Positions 29,746-39,927 of a stretch of 64,000 nt of DNA are shown one piece after another (position 1 is the first letter of the stretch; each line of letters opens with the position of its first letter). The position numbers were made by a program, and so were the translations under genes. Under the pieces are notes generated by a model, which did no database searches, was not told where the DNA came from, and saw only the letters and a program-made list of their open reading frames with translations. Origin of the DNA: Gemmatimonadales bacterium (GTDB lineage Bacteria > Gemmatimonadota > Gemmatimonadetes > Gemmatimonadales > GWC2-71-9); contig JBFGJG010000020.1 of the NCBI GenBank assembly GCA_041577295.1, positions 1-64,000 of the forward strand, written 5' to 3'.

Positions 29746-30153
29746 ATGACCTCTCTTACGCTCGGCATGCTTTACGGTCTCATGGTCGTGGTGTTCCTCG
29801 CCGTCGATCTCCTGTGGCTCGGTGTCATCGCGCGTGGCTTCTACCAGGAGCAGCTCGGACACCTGCTCCGAGCAGACGTGCGCTGGGGGGCGGCTGTGAT
29901 CTTCTATCTGCTGTTCGTGGTTGGCGTGTTGGTGTTCGCCGTGCTCCCTGGTCTGGAGCGGCAGTCCCTGGCGCGCTCGATCCTGCTGGGGGCGCTCTTC
30001 GGACTCATCGCGTATGCTACGTACGATCTGACCAACCTGGCGACGTTGAAGGGATTCCCGACCCGCGTGGTGCTGGTGGATATGCTGTGGGGCACCATTC
30101 TATCCGCGACGGTCGCCGCATCCGGATATGCGATTGGAAGGTTACTGGGCTGA
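29746..30153 (+). CDS. DUF2177 family membrane protein
   Basis: DLLWLG...FY, YATYDLTNLAT, DMLWG. Confidence 0.9.
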   Translation: MTSLTLGMLYGLMVVVFLAVDLLWLGVIARGFYQEQLGHLLRADVRWGAAVIFYLLFVVGVLVFAVLPGLERQSLARSILLGALFGLIAYATYDLTNLATLKGFPTRVVLVDMLWGTILSATVAASGYAIGRLLG

Positions 30154-30293
30154 TCGCTCCCAACTTGACGATTTCCTTACCGTTTTCATACCGAACGACT
30201 GCTGGACGGAACCCGCCCGAGTACCACATATGGGTGATGTAGGCAAGCTGGTGCACCCGTAGTCATCCCCAAGTCATTCGAAGGAGTCGCTCG

Positions 30294-30761
30294 ATGGCGG
30301 AGGTTCGATTTCGTGTGAACGGTTCCCGAACGAGCGTGAACGTCGATCCCGACACCCCTCTGCTTTGGGTGCTGCGTGACACGCTGGGACTCACCGGCAC
30401 CAAGTACGGCTGCGGCATCGCGCAGTGTGGCGCCTGTACCGTACACCTCGACGGCGGACCAGTGCGATCGTGTGTCGTGGCCGTCCAGACCGTTGAGGGC
30501 CGTGAGGTGACGACCATCGAAGGGCTCTCGCCAGACGGCAATCACCCGGTCCAGCGAGCATGGGTAGAGGAGGATGTCCCGCAGTGCGGCTACTGCCAGG
30601 CGGGACAGTGCATGACCGCCGCGGCGCTTCTTGCCAACGATCCCGATCCGACGGATGCGGCAATCGACGAAGCGCTACGTGGTCATCTCTGCCGCTGCGG
30701 AACGTATCCTCGGATCCGCAAAGCCGTTCGGCGCGCGGCCGAGATTGCAAAAGGGGCATAA
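30294..30761 (+). CDS. iorA: (2Fe-2S) subunit of an isoquinoline 1-oxidoreductase/aldehyde oxidoreductase-like enzyme
   Basis: [26 protein letters not shown]. Confidence 0.92.
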   Translation: MAEVRFRVNGSRTSVNVDPDTPLLWVLRDTLGLTGTKYGCGIAQCGACTVHLDGGPVRSCVVAVQTVEGREVTTIEGLSPDGNHPVQRAWVEEDVPQCGYCQAGQCMTAAALLANDPDPTDAAIDEALRGHLCRCGTYPRIRKAVRRAAEIAKGA

Positions 30762-30762
30762 C

Positions 30763-32982
30763 ATGTCAGCAACTGTCACGCGACGGACGTTTCTCGAGGT
30801 GGGAGCCGCCGCCGGAGGCGGGCTCCTCCTGAGCCTTGCGTTACCGGGTTGCAGCCGTCCCGCTGGCGGAACGGTGCACGCGGGCCCGGTCGAGACAACC
30901 GAGCTCCACCCGTTCCTGCGCATCGACCGTGACGGCATCATCACGATCCTCGCGAAGAATCCCGAAATCGGACAGGGGGTCAAGACCTCGCTGCCTATGA
31001 TCGTTGCCGAAGAGCTCGAGGTGGACTGGACATCGGTGCGGGTCGAACAGGCCGATCTCGATCCTGAGCGTTACGGCCCGCAGTGGGCGGGTGGGAGTTG
31101 GGCGGTCCGATTCAACTTCGATCGGCTGCGCGAAGCGGGTGCGACTGCCAAGGAGCTGTTAATAGGGGCGGCGGCAGATCGATGGCAGGTCGATGTATCT
31201 ACCTGCCACGCCGATCGAGGAGTGGTCGTGCACCGGCCCAGCGGCCGGCGCCTCGGCTATGGCGACTTGGTGGAAGCGGCCGCCCAGCGTCCAATACCCG
31301 AGCGCGTGTCCCTCAAGGATCCTTCGACCTACCGGCTGATTGGCACACGTGTGGCCGGAGTCGACAATGGTGCAATCGTAACCGGGCGCAGCAGATACGG
31401 TCTCGATGTCAGGCTACCAGGGATGCTGTTTGCCGCGGTCGCGCGTCCCCGCCTGCACGGGAGCCGGCTCGAACGGTTTGACGATCGTGCGGCGCGAGCG
31501 CTCCCCGGCGTGCGCGATGTCATCCGCATCGATGCAATGGATCGGCCGGTGTTTTTGCTGGACGGCGTCGCCGTCGTGGCGGATTCGACCTGGACCGCTC
31601 TCAAGGGCCGCAACCTCCTCGAAACTACATGGGTGGAGGGGCCAACCGGAGCGGAGAGCACCGAACGGTTGCGGCAGCGTTTTCTCGAGCGTCTCAATCG
31701 GTCTCCCGACGTGATGCTGCGTGACGACGGCGATGTGACTCGTGCCCTGCGCGAGTCCGCGCATGTCATTGAAGCCCAGTACGAGGTTCCGTTTCTGTAT
31801 CACGCGCAGATGGAGCCCATGAATTGCGTCGCCGACGTTCGCTCTGGCAGCTGCGAAATCTGGGGGCCGATGCAGGACCCGGCAGAAGTGAGAATGCTCG
31901 CGGCGCGTATCACGGGAATCGCCGAAGAGCAGATCACGGTTCACATGACGCGGGCGGGAGGTGGTTTTGGGAGGAGGCTCAACTCGGATTACGCGGCGGA
32001 AGCGGTCTGGGTGGGCAACGCGGTCAAGACACCCGTGCAAGTGGTGTGGACGCGCGAGGAGGACCTGCAGCACGGCTATTATCGCCCGGCCGGCATGCAT
32101 CGGCTGCGCGCCGGCATCGATGACAGGGGCCAGCCCATCGCCTGGTGGCACTACCTGGTGAACACGTCCCGCTACGCGTACGCACGCAGCGACGACCCCC
32201 CAGTTGGCTCAGAGATGTATCGAGACGATTTCCCGGCCACTCGCATCCCGAACCTCCGCTTTGCGTACGCCTCGGTTGCTACGGCAATTCCCACGTGCGC
32301 GTGGCGCGCCACGCTCCACTCAGCAAACGCCTTCGTCGTCCAGAGCTTTCTCGATGAGGTGGCTCACGCGGCGGGACGCGATCCCCTCGAGTTCCGACTC
32401 GCACTGTTGCGAAACGCCCCTGACATCGAGTACGCCGACCACGGCGGTCCCGTCTTCAGTCCGCGTCGGCTGGCCGGCGTGCTGGAACTGGCGGCCCGGG
32501 AAGCAGGGTGGGGGAGCCCCTTGCCGACCGGCAAGGGTCGCGGTATCGCAGCGCATTTCACGTTCGGTACGTACGTCGCGGAGGTGGCAGAAGTGACCGT
32601 CAACGGCAGCCGTCCGTTGCGTGTCGACCGCGTCGTAGCGGCGGCGGATTGCGGGATCGTGATCAACCGATCCGGTGCGGAGGCGCAGATGCAAGGCGGC
32701 GTGCTCCACGGTCTGAGCGCAACGCTTCGTGAGGCCGTCACAGTCGCGAACGGCCAGACCCAGGAGAGCAACTTTTCGGACTATCGACTGCTTCGGATCA
32801 CCGACGTGCCTGAGATCGAGGCACACTTCGTAGCCAGTCACGAGCAGCCCTTTGGCTTGGGTGAGCCACCACTTTCCCCGGTCGCTCCCGCTGTGTGCAA
32901 TGCGATCTTCGATGCCACGAACGTGCGCATCAGACGCCTGCCGATTGAGGGTCAGTCGTTAACGCAGAGGTCGGTGGGATAA
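30763..32982 (+). CDS. iorB: Molybdopterin subunit (IorB-like) with Tat signal
   Basis: TRRTFL Tat motif; EIGQG; HAQMEP; GGGFGRR; QMQGG; GLGEP. Confidence 0.92.
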   Translation: MSATVTRRTFLEVGAAAGGGLLLSLALPGCSRPAGGTVHAGPVETTELHPFLRIDRDGIITILAKNPEIGQGVKTSLPMIVAEELEVDWTSVRVEQADLDPERYGPQWAGGSWAVRFNFDRLREAGATAKELLIGAAADRWQVDVSTCHADRGVVVHRPSGRRLGYGDLVEAAAQRPIPERVSLKDPSTYRLIGTRVAGVDNGAIVTGRSRYGLDVRLPGMLFAAVARPRLHGSRLERFDDRAARALPGVRDVIRIDAMDRPVFLLDGVAVVADSTWTALKGRNLLETTWVEGPTGAESTERLRQRFLERLNRSPDVMLRDDGDVTRALRESAHVIEAQYEVPFLYHAQMEPMNCVADVRSGSCEIWGPMQDPAEVRMLAARITGIAEEQITVHMTRAGGGFGRRLNSDYAAEAVWVGNAVKTPVQVVWTREEDLQHGYYRPAGMHRLRAGIDDRGQPIAWWHYLVNTSRYAYARSDDPPVGSEMYRDDFPATRIPNLRFAYASVATAIPTCAWRATLHSANAFVVQSFLDEVAHAAGRDPLEFRLALLRNAPDIEYADHGGPVFSPRRLAGVLELAAREAGWGSPLPTGKGRGIAAHFTFGTYVAEVAEVTVNGSRPLRVDRVVAAADCGIVINRSGAEAQMQGGVLHGLSATLREAVTVANGQTQESNFSDYRLLRITDVPEIEAHFVASHEQPFGLGEPPLSPVAPAVCNAIFDATNVRIRRLPIEGQSLTQRSVG

Positions 32983-33102
32983 GTGGTACGGGTATCGCTT
33001 TCGACGCCTAAGCCTGCACTTCTCATGGCTTTTCTCAGGCAGAACACGCAGAGAGGTTCCTGTATCATTGCTACACTATTTCGACACCGCTCTCATGAAA
33101 AC

Positions 33103-33135
33103 GCGCCGGGGCTGCACTCGTGGCAGCCCCGGCGC
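33103..33135. terminator. Strong hairpin; the U-tract is on the minus strand
   Basis: GCGCCGGGGCTGC-actcgtg-GCAGCCCCGGCGC, a 13-bp perfect stem preceded by AAAA. Confidence 0.55.
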
Positions 33136-33194
33136 CTCCGCTCTGCATTCGCTCTTGAAGCTAGCGCACGATACGATCGATGTCGGACGAATTC

Positions 33195-33210
33195 TGTGAC
33201 AGATTGCACA
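33195..33210. promoter_or_regulatory. CRP-like box
   Basis: TGTGA-cagatt-GCACA (one mismatch) nested between two GAATTC sites. Confidence 0.4.
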
Positions 33211-33407
33211 GGAATTCGCTGCGCGTAGACTTGCACCGACCTGAACTTGAGCACTAATGGCACTGTCGCGGCACACCCACTTACGAGTGGGAGGCTACGC
33301 CTGATCCGCCGTCGCGTATGGACATCGTGGCGGGTTGCGCTTCAAGCGGCTTCGCGGAAGAATCAGCGTCAACCGAGTACTCCAGCACCGTTGAACAGGT
33401 GGGGTTG

Positions 33408-34169
33408 GTGATTGATCGAGAAAACCGTGGCCCGATCGCCATCCTGCGGCTCGCGCACGGGAAGGCACAAGCCTTGGACTTGGAGTTGAGCAGAGCCCTA
33501 AGCGCTGAGCTTACAGCAACAGAAGCCGATCGGTCAGTGCGAGCGTTGGTCTTGACCGGCACGGGGTCGATTTACAGCGCCGGTGTCGATCTCTTCCGCG
33601 TACTCGATGGGGGCGCGGCGTACATCGACCAATTCGTGCCCGCGCTCGTAGGCGCATTCCGCACGTTGTTTGCCCTTGCGAAGCCCACCGTGGCGGCGAT
33701 CAATGGCCACGCGATCGCGGGCGGGTGCGTGTTAGCAGCCGCGTGCGATTACCGTATCATGGCCGGTGGTGATGGCACGATCGGGGTGCCCGAGTTGCGT
33801 GTGGGGGTGCCGTTCCCGCAGGTCGCGATCGAGATTCTCCGGTTTGCCACCTCCACGGCCCATCTCCAAGAGCTCGTCTACCGGGGCAAAACCTATCGGG
33901 TGAGGGACGCGTACGAGCGAGGGTTGGTGGACGAGGTCGTGGAGCCAGGCGACTTGCTCGAGCATGCGACCGCGGTGGCCGAGCGACTCGCCTCCGAACC
34001 GGTCGATCGCTTCCGGATCACCAAGCGCCAACTCCGCCGGCCGGCCATCGATCGGATGGACCGCCTCGGCGTGGAGACGGATGCTGAGGTGCTGGCGGCG
34101 TGGAAGAGTCCAGGCACGCTCGCAGCGATACGAGCCTACGTCGACGAGATGATCAAAAAGGAAAACTGA
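33408..34169 (+). CDS. Enoyl-CoA hydratase/isomerase
   Basis: SAGVDL, KPTVAAINGHAIAGG, GVPELRVG. Confidence 0.93.
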   Translation: MIDRENRGPIAILRLAHGKAQALDLELSRALSAELTATEADRSVRALVLTGTGSIYSAGVDLFRVLDGGAAYIDQFVPALVGAFRTLFALAKPTVAAINGHAIAGGCVLAAACDYRIMAGGDGTIGVPELRVGVPFPQVAIEILRFATSTAHLQELVYRGKTYRVRDAYERGLVDEVVEPGDLLEHATAVAERLASEPVDRFRITKRQLRRPAIDRMDRLGVETDAEVLAAWKSPGTLAAIRAYVDEMIKKEN

Positions 34170-34185
34170 TGGGCAGTCGCTCGGC

Positions 34186-36930
34186 TCAGAAACCCAGCCA
34201 GTATGAAAACTTCACAATGAAGAGGTTCTCGGCCTCGCCTCCCCACAGGTCGCCAAAGTCGCGCACGAAGTCGAACGAGCCCGTTGCCGTCTCACTACGG
34301 CGATCCTGTTGCCAAACCAGAAACAGCGTCGATCCTGGGCGAAACTCCCACCGTGCCACCGCGGTCATGCGGAAGGAACGGACGTTGAAGTCGCCGTCCT
34401 CAAAGGAAAAGTCTGTCGTGCCGTCCGCATCGAAGTCCACGTACCGCTCGCCGTCGAGGGCGCAAGTTCGTCCCCCAACGCACCTGACCTCCTCGTTTGC
34501 ATCGGCGCGTGCGGTACCCTCCTCGAACACATCAAAGTCGAACGTCTCCGCCCGGGCGAGCTGTTTGTACGTGAGGTAGTCGCCCGTGGAGATGAGCGGC
34601 TGGGCGAACAGCTCGAACGAGAGGGTCGGGCTGAACGTGGCGTTTATCCTCGTTTCGAGCGTGAACGACCGGCGCCGGAGATCGGCGAAGAGGTAGCGCT
34701 TGCCGTATGTCGGTGCGTATCCCACATCGTCGGTGGTGCTCACGTATTGTGCCGGATCGAGTTCAGCCGAGAAGCTCGGTCCGAGTTCCAGCTCGACACT
34801 CGGTGCGGGCCGCACTTGAATACCCAAGTACGCGTCCCACTCGTAGCCCCCCGCCTGACGATCCGCGTAGAGGAAATTGGGGCGGAACGCGACCACCGCT
34901 CGGCGATCCGTGCCAAAACCCGCCTCGACAGCAACGGATCCGGGGTCGCCCATCAGCGGACCGCCTCGCGTCGCGACATCGCTCATCATGCTCGGCCTCC
35001 ACCGCGCTTCCACGTCGAACTCCCAGTAGTTCAACAACTCGAAGTCCGCATTGGCCTCGAAAACGCCCCGCTTGTGCGCCCGCTTCCAAGACGACAGCGA
35101 TCCCACATCATCCAACGCCTGGTGGCCGAAGTTCTGAAAGGTGAACGCGCTAATCCGATAGCTGCGGAAGATCCGGCCGGGAGTGATCTCTTGATAAGCG
35201 ATGCGTGCTCCGCCATCCAGGCGCTCTCCCTGGGTCCAAAACCCCAGATCATTTACTTCGAAGCCAGAGGTGACCTCCGCGAGCCAGATCGCGCCAGTCC
35301 AATGCTCGGCGCTGCGCCGCTCGAACTGGAGCCGCCAGTTGACGCCGCCCAAGGATGTCCTCGTCGAATCGATTGAGAAGCGCGTAGCGTCGGGGCGCTG
35401 AAAGTAGTGATTGCTCGATTGCTGGATGCGGAGCAGCGCTTCCGACGGCCCGTACACGGCACCCCACGTGAAGAACCCCCAGAGCGCCCAATCACGAGAG
35501 CGGGATCCACCCCAGTTGTGCTCGAAATCGAAACCGGCACTCAGGGCCGTGGTAGTCAGGAAGTCCATGCTGCCGTCCGCGGGCAGGTTACGATGTAGCG
35601 CCGTGAAGATGCCACCGACCTGAGTCGCCCCGTCTCGGAAATCCTGCTGAGCGCGGAAGACACCGTGTTCGGTACGGGGTTCGGCCGTGAAGGATGTCGG
35701 CTGGCTCGCACCGGCCAAGAGGGCCTCGCCTCGCTCGTGCGCTGTGAGTGCGGTGAGCGCGCCAAGGGTCAGGCCTGAGCTCGTGCGACCGGTGAACTTC
35801 GCCGCGCCGAGGATAGTTGTCTGCGACGGCGCGCGCTGGTACACGGCGTCGTCCGTTGCCGATCCACGGGGTTCGCGGCCAATGCGGCGACTGTTGAAGA
35901 GTCGGATGCGTCCGTAGTCGAAGAGCTGCGCATCCTCCACAAAGAACGGGCGCTTCTCGGGGAAGAAGGTCTCGAACGCCGTGAGGTTGATGACGGCGGG
36001 ATCCACTTCCACCTGTCCGAAGTCCGGGTTCACGGTGACGTCCAGCGTGTACTGACCGAAGCCGTAGCTGAGATCTGCACCAACCTGGTTGCCCAACTCC
36101 GCGCCGTCGAAGAACGGATCTCCCACTTCGCTTGGCGCGGTCCGCGCACTGGCTAGGGCGTACGGACGGATCTCGAGGCGCGGTGGCGTGCTCGTCAGCC
36201 GCAGGCCTTCGAGCCGGCCGAAGACGCTCACACGCCCGTGCCGGATCCGCGACTCGAGCGCGAAGTACGTTCGCTCGTTTGACGTGAGACGCCGCCTGGT
36301 GAAGTTGATCCCCCAGGACTGCTCGCCTTCGCGCGTCTCATACCGTATCTGCGACAACGGAATGCGGAGCTCAGCCGACCATCCGGCCGAATCCCGCTGT
36401 ATCCCTGAATGCCAAACGGCATCCCACGCGCGGTCCTCACGCACATCATCATAGAGGTACGCGTCCGTTTGCACGCCCGCCGCGCTCACACGAAACGAGT
36501 ACCCGGTACGCCGATCGTTATTCGGGTCGATGGCGACCTCGAAGTAGTCGAACTGACCCCACTCGTCGCGTCGCACCAGCTGGTCGGCGATCTGCCCAGA
36601 CCGCTCGCGCATGACTACGCCGATGTAAAGCGCGCGTTCGTCATATAAGACTCGTACACTCGTCAGTTCTTCGGCATCGGCCCCTTCAACAGGTTCCCCT
36701 TGTACGAATCGGGTGGCCGGCACAGCGCGCTCCCACGCCGTCTCCGTGACGTGACCATCGACATCGATTTCGCCCTCGCGCGTAGCGGCCCCCACGGCGG
36801 GGATGCGGGCTGTGATCGGATCTGGTTGGCGGGGGCCGGACTCCTGCGCGGCCAGCCCGCCGGCAACGCTGAGGATGAGGAGTAAGCCAGCGAAGCAGGA
36901 TCTCGCAGATCGGAAGCGGGAAAGTGTCAT
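34186..36930 (-). CDS. CBM9-like plus DUF5916 outer-membrane protein
   Basis: ATG at 36930 (ATGA overlap); signal peptide; IDVDG...W; NPDFGQVEVD..VINL..FETFFPEKRPFF; C-terminal KFSYW. Confidence 0.9.
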   Translation of the reverse strand: MTLSRFRSARSCFAGLLLILSVAGGLAAQESGPRQPDPITARIPAVGAATREGEIDVDGHVTETAWERAVPATRFVQGEPVEGADAEELTSVRVLYDERALYIGVVMRERSGQIADQLVRRDEWGQFDYFEVAIDPNNDRRTGYSFRVSAAGVQTDAYLYDDVREDRAWDAVWHSGIQRDSAGWSAELRIPLSQIRYETREGEQSWGINFTRRRLTSNERTYFALESRIRHGRVSVFGRLEGLRLTSTPPRLEIRPYALASARTAPSEVGDPFFDGAELGNQVGADLSYGFGQYTLDVTVNPDFGQVEVDPAVINLTAFETFFPEKRPFFVEDAQLFDYGRIRLFNSRRIGREPRGSATDDAVYQRAPSQTTILGAAKFTGRTSSGLTLGALTALTAHERGEALLAGASQPTSFTAEPRTEHGVFRAQQDFRDGATQVGGIFTALHRNLPADGSMDFLTTTALSAGFDFEHNWGGSRSRDWALWGFFTWGAVYGPSEALLRIQQSSNHYFQRPDATRFSIDSTRTSLGGVNWRLQFERRSAEHWTGAIWLAEVTSGFEVNDLGFWTQGERLDGGARIAYQEITPGRIFRSYRISAFTFQNFGHQALDDVGSLSSWKRAHKRGVFEANADFELLNYWEFDVEARWRPSMMSDVATRGGPLMGDPGSVAVEAGFGTDRRAVVAFRPNFLYADRQAGGYEWDAYLGIQVRPAPSVELELGPSFSAELDPAQYVSTTDDVGYAPTYGKRYLFADLRRRSFTLETRINATFSPTLSFELFAQPLISTGDYLTYKQLARAETFDFDVFEEGTARADANEEVRCVGGRTCALDGERYVDFDADGTTDFSFEDGDFNVRSFRMTAVARWEFRPGSTLFLVWQQDRRSETATGSFDFVRDFGDLWGGEAENLFIVKFSYWLGF

Positions 36931-37493
36931 CTCGAGATCAGTGCAAAGAGGGCTAAGGCTAACGGTCCCAGGGTTAGGAGCAGCGTCGCGATGCCAACGA
37001 ACGGGGAGGTGACGCGAATCTCGGGAGGGTCGTCGCCGCCGTAGACGAGTGCCAGAACCACTCCGAAGAGTAACAGCAGGGCACCGAATAGGAAGCCGCT
37101 GAGCACCGGGGCGGCGTTCAGCTCCACCGGACCAGCAGGTCGCAAGAAGTAGATAGCTACGAGTGCCGCCCCGCCTGCCACTCCAAACACGAGTCCACTC
37201 GCAACCGGATGCGCCGGGAGCCGCCGGCGGCAGAGTACGTACAACGCGCCGGCCGGTGGGCCGAGCGCAGCTCCGAGGACGATCACCTGCAAGGTGCCGC
37301 CAACGCTCCATTCGAGCGGAGACCCAAGCGCAATGGCGATGCCCGACATGGCGATCCGGCCGCCTAATCCCAGCACCACGAGCGCGCTGACAAATCCCCA
37401 GATCACGCCTCGTCGCACGGAACGACTCGCCCACCACCGGAGGTGTATCGGGAGGAGAGGTGACGCTGCCTGCTGACTATATTCCGTGACCAT
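36927..37493 (-). CDS. Hypothetical membrane protein with about 5 TM segments
   Basis: Hydrophobic ORF (LGLGGRIAM) translationally coupled to the DUF5916 gene. Start uncertain, possibly a GTG near 37418. Confidence 0.65.
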   Translation of the reverse strand: MVTEYSQQAASPLLPIHLRWWASRSVRRGVIWGFVSALVVLGLGGRIAMSGIAIALGSPLEWSVGGTLQVIVLGAALGPPAGALYVLCRRRLPAHPVASGLVFGVAGGAALVAIYFLRPAGPVELNAAPVLSGFLFGALLLLFGVVLALVYGGDDPPEIRVTSPFVGIATLLLTLGPLALALFALISR

Positions 37494-38151
37494 GGACGCC
37501 CAATACTTGCGGTCGACGAAATGTATCGACAGCGCACACCCGGCGGTGCAGCGTTTCGCAAAGGAGGTGACGGCTGAGGCCACCACCGATCTCGACCGCG
37601 CCATCGCATTGTACTATGCGGTACGAGATTGCTACCGCTACGATCCCTACCGCGTCGATCTCTCCGTCAGGGGTATGCGGGCGAGCGCCGTGATCGAACG
37701 GGAGTACGGCTTTTGTATTCCCAAGGCCACGTTGCTCGCGGCGGCCGCCCGCCACGTGGGCATTCCAAGCCGCCTGGGTTTCGCTGATGTCAAGAACCAT
37801 TTGGCAACCGAAAAACTCCTCCGGCTCATGCAGACCGACCTGTTCGTCTTTCACGGATACGCCGAGCTGTGGTTGAACGGTCAGTGGGTGAAGGCGACTC
37901 CGGCTTTCAATAAGAGTCTGTGCGAGCGGTTCAACGTTGCCTCTCTCGAGTTCGACGGACGGCACGATTCGCTGTTTCAGCAGTTCAATCAAGACGGTGA
38001 TCGCTACATGGAGTACATTCGTGACCGGGGACAATTCGACGACGTTCCTCTTGCGGAGATCGTAGAGGCGTTTCGAAAGCACTACCCCGCGATGATGGCT
38101 GGGGCTGGTTACGATGTCGGGGGGCGCTTCGAGGATGAGGCCGGCCCGTGA
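37492..38151 (+). CDS. Transglutaminase-like family protein
   Basis: YYAVRD.YRYDPY, GFCIPKA (Cys), FHGYAE (His), WVKATPAFN. Confidence 0.9.
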   Translation: MDAQYLRSTKCIDSAHPAVQRFAKEVTAEATTDLDRAIALYYAVRDCYRYDPYRVDLSVRGMRASAVIEREYGFCIPKATLLAAAARHVGIPSRLGFADVKNHLATEKLLRLMQTDLFVFHGYAELWLNGQWVKATPAFNKSLCERFNVASLEFDGRHDSLFQQFNQDGDRYMEYIRDRGQFDDVPLAEIVEAFRKHYPAMMAGAGYDVGGRFEDEAGP

Positions 38152-38191
38152 CACCTTTCACCTCGTCGGTCTCACGGATCAAGACGCATCC

Positions 38192-39268
38192 ATGACGTAT
38201 ACCATTGGTGTCATCCCGGGTGACGGCATCGGTCCCGAAGTCACTCGAGAAGCCCTCAAGGTGCTCGCCGCAGCATCGGAGCTCGCGGGCTTCAAGTATG
38301 ACGCAGTCCAATATCCTTATAGTGGAACCCACTACCTGGAGACAGGGGAGCTGGTGCCGGATCATGTGCTCGATGAGTGGCGATCGCACGATGCCGTGCT
38401 CCTGGGGGCAATTGGGCATCCAGCGGTCGAGCCCGGTCTCGTCGAACGATCAGTCATCCTGGGCCTGCGATTTGGTCTCGATCTCTATGTCAATCTCCGA
38501 CCGATCAAGCTCTACGCGGCGCACCTCTGCCCACTCAAGGACAAAGGGCCCGACGACATCGACTTCGTCGTGGTCAGAGAAAACACCGAGGGGATGTACT
38601 CGCAGATCGGGGGGCATCTCAAGAAGAACACGCCGGATGAGGTCGCGATCGTCAACGGGATTTACACGTGGACTGGCTGTGAGCGGGCGTCCCGTTATGC
38701 GTTCGAGCTTGCGAGGAAGCGTGCGGAAACTCGCAACTCGGATCGGCGGCCTCGGGTCACCCTGGTCGACAAGGCCAACGCCATTCGGCCACATGACATC
38801 TGGACGCGTGCCTTTGCGCATGTCGCTCGTGACTTTCCCGAGGTCGAGACCGACCACGCGTATGTGGACGCCTGTTGCATGTGGATGATCAAGAACCCGG
38901 AATGGTTCGATGTCATCGTCACCACCAACCTGTTTGGTGACATCATCACGGACCTCGGGGCGATGATCCAGGGCGGCATGGGGATCGCGGCATCTGGGAA
39001 TATTCACCCTGGCAAGACGTCGATGTTCGAGCCCATCCACGGGTCGGCTCCGAAGTACGCTGGAAAGAACGTGGCGTGCCCGTTGGGCGCGATCTCGGCC
39101 GTCGCGATGATGCTCGACTTTCTCGGTGAAACGGCCAGTGCAGCGCGGGTGGAAGAAGCCGTGGCTGGGTTGCTGGCCAGCGGCGAAGTGCCCTCTGCTG
39201 ACGCACGGAGCGGGATTGGCACGTCGGTGATGGGCGACATGGTGGTTGAGCGAATGCGGAAGACGTGA
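38192..39268 (+). CDS. leuB: 3-isopropylmalate dehydrogenase
   Basis: [53 protein letters not shown]. Confidence 0.85.
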   Translation: MTYTIGVIPGDGIGPEVTREALKVLAAASELAGFKYDAVQYPYSGTHYLETGELVPDHVLDEWRSHDAVLLGAIGHPAVEPGLVERSVILGLRFGLDLYVNLRPIKLYAAHLCPLKDKGPDDIDFVVVRENTEGMYSQIGGHLKKNTPDEVAIVNGIYTWTGCERASRYAFELARKRAETRNSDRRPRVTLVDKANAIRPHDIWTRAFAHVARDFPEVETDHAYVDACCMWMIKNPEWFDVIVTTNLFGDIITDLGAMIQGGMGIAASGNIHPGKTSMFEPIHGSAPKYAGKNVACPLGAISAVAMMLDFLGETASAARVEEAVAGLLASGEVPSADARSGIGTSVMGDMVVERMRKT

Positions 39269-39295
39269 ACGTCCGAACTGGACCAACGAATTAGG

Positions 39296-39330
39296 AAGCC
39301 CGGCCAGCTTCACATCCGGCCGGGCTTTTT
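39296..39330 (+). terminator. Rho-independent terminator between leuB and the convergent mer operon
   Basis: AAGCCCGGCC...GGCCGGGCTT followed by TTT. Confidence 0.85.
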
Positions 39331-39350
39331 CTGCGGTGACGCTGCCGTGC

Positions 39351-39914
39351 TCAGGGAATCATCTCCAGCACCCTTTCTGCGAACCGTTTCGCATCCCACT
39401 GCGGCAACGGGCGATCGAACTGCTTGGCATGTGCATCCTCGGCGTAATCCGGGCGCGGTGGAGCCTCTCCATCCCATCGGGCTTTGGGCCCGAACACGAG
39501 GAAGACACCCGCACAGGGTCCTGTGAGCGAGAACATGTCGTTGTAGAATGCCATTACCGTCTGAAGCCCATCCCAGTAATGAAGGGCACGTGAATCATTG
39601 GTCAAAGTCGTGACCCGATCCACGTGACGTTCGAGCGCACCGTTCCGTGGTACCCACACGACGTAGGCTGCCAGGTCGGGATCGTCGACCTTAGCCAACA
39701 AATGCTTTTGCGTTTCGGAGACCCCCCGAAGACAGCCCCCTCACGTGGGGGCCACCAACATGAGCACCCGAACCTTTCCCACGTCCGCGTTGAAGGCGGA
39801 GCGCAGCGGCTCGGCGTCACGGTCGATCGCCGTGTAGCTAGCGCCCTTATCCAGCTGAGCTCCGGTAGCGGCCACGAGTCCGGCCGCAGCTAAGGCAAAG
39901 AACCCCATTCGCAT
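39351..39914 (-). CDS. Exported thioredoxin-like putative selenoprotein (UxxC), 187 aa with TGA read-through
   Basis: RBS TAAGGAGG, ATG at 39914 and a signal peptide. The sequence reads LRSAFNADVGKVRVLMLVAPT-TGA(39741-39743)-GGCLRG and continues in frame into ORF 39351..39701 (YVVWVP, HYWD). TGA is at the first position of a CxxC-type motif. Confidence 0.85.
39717..39743 (-). promoter_or_regulatory. Candidate bacterial SECIS hairpin directly 3' of the UGA
   Basis: UGA-GGGGGC-UGUC-UUCG-GGGG-GUCUCC: GGGGGC can pair with GUCUCC (with G-U pairs) below a short upper stem and a G-containing loop. Folded by eye only. Confidence 0.5.
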
Positions 39915-39927
39915 TGCAGACACCTCC

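Noticed and set aside
36931..37437. 168-aa N-terminal extension of the DUF5916 ORF
   Set aside because: It overlaps the upstream membrane gene and is Arg-rich nonsense. The signal peptide starts at the ATG at 36930.
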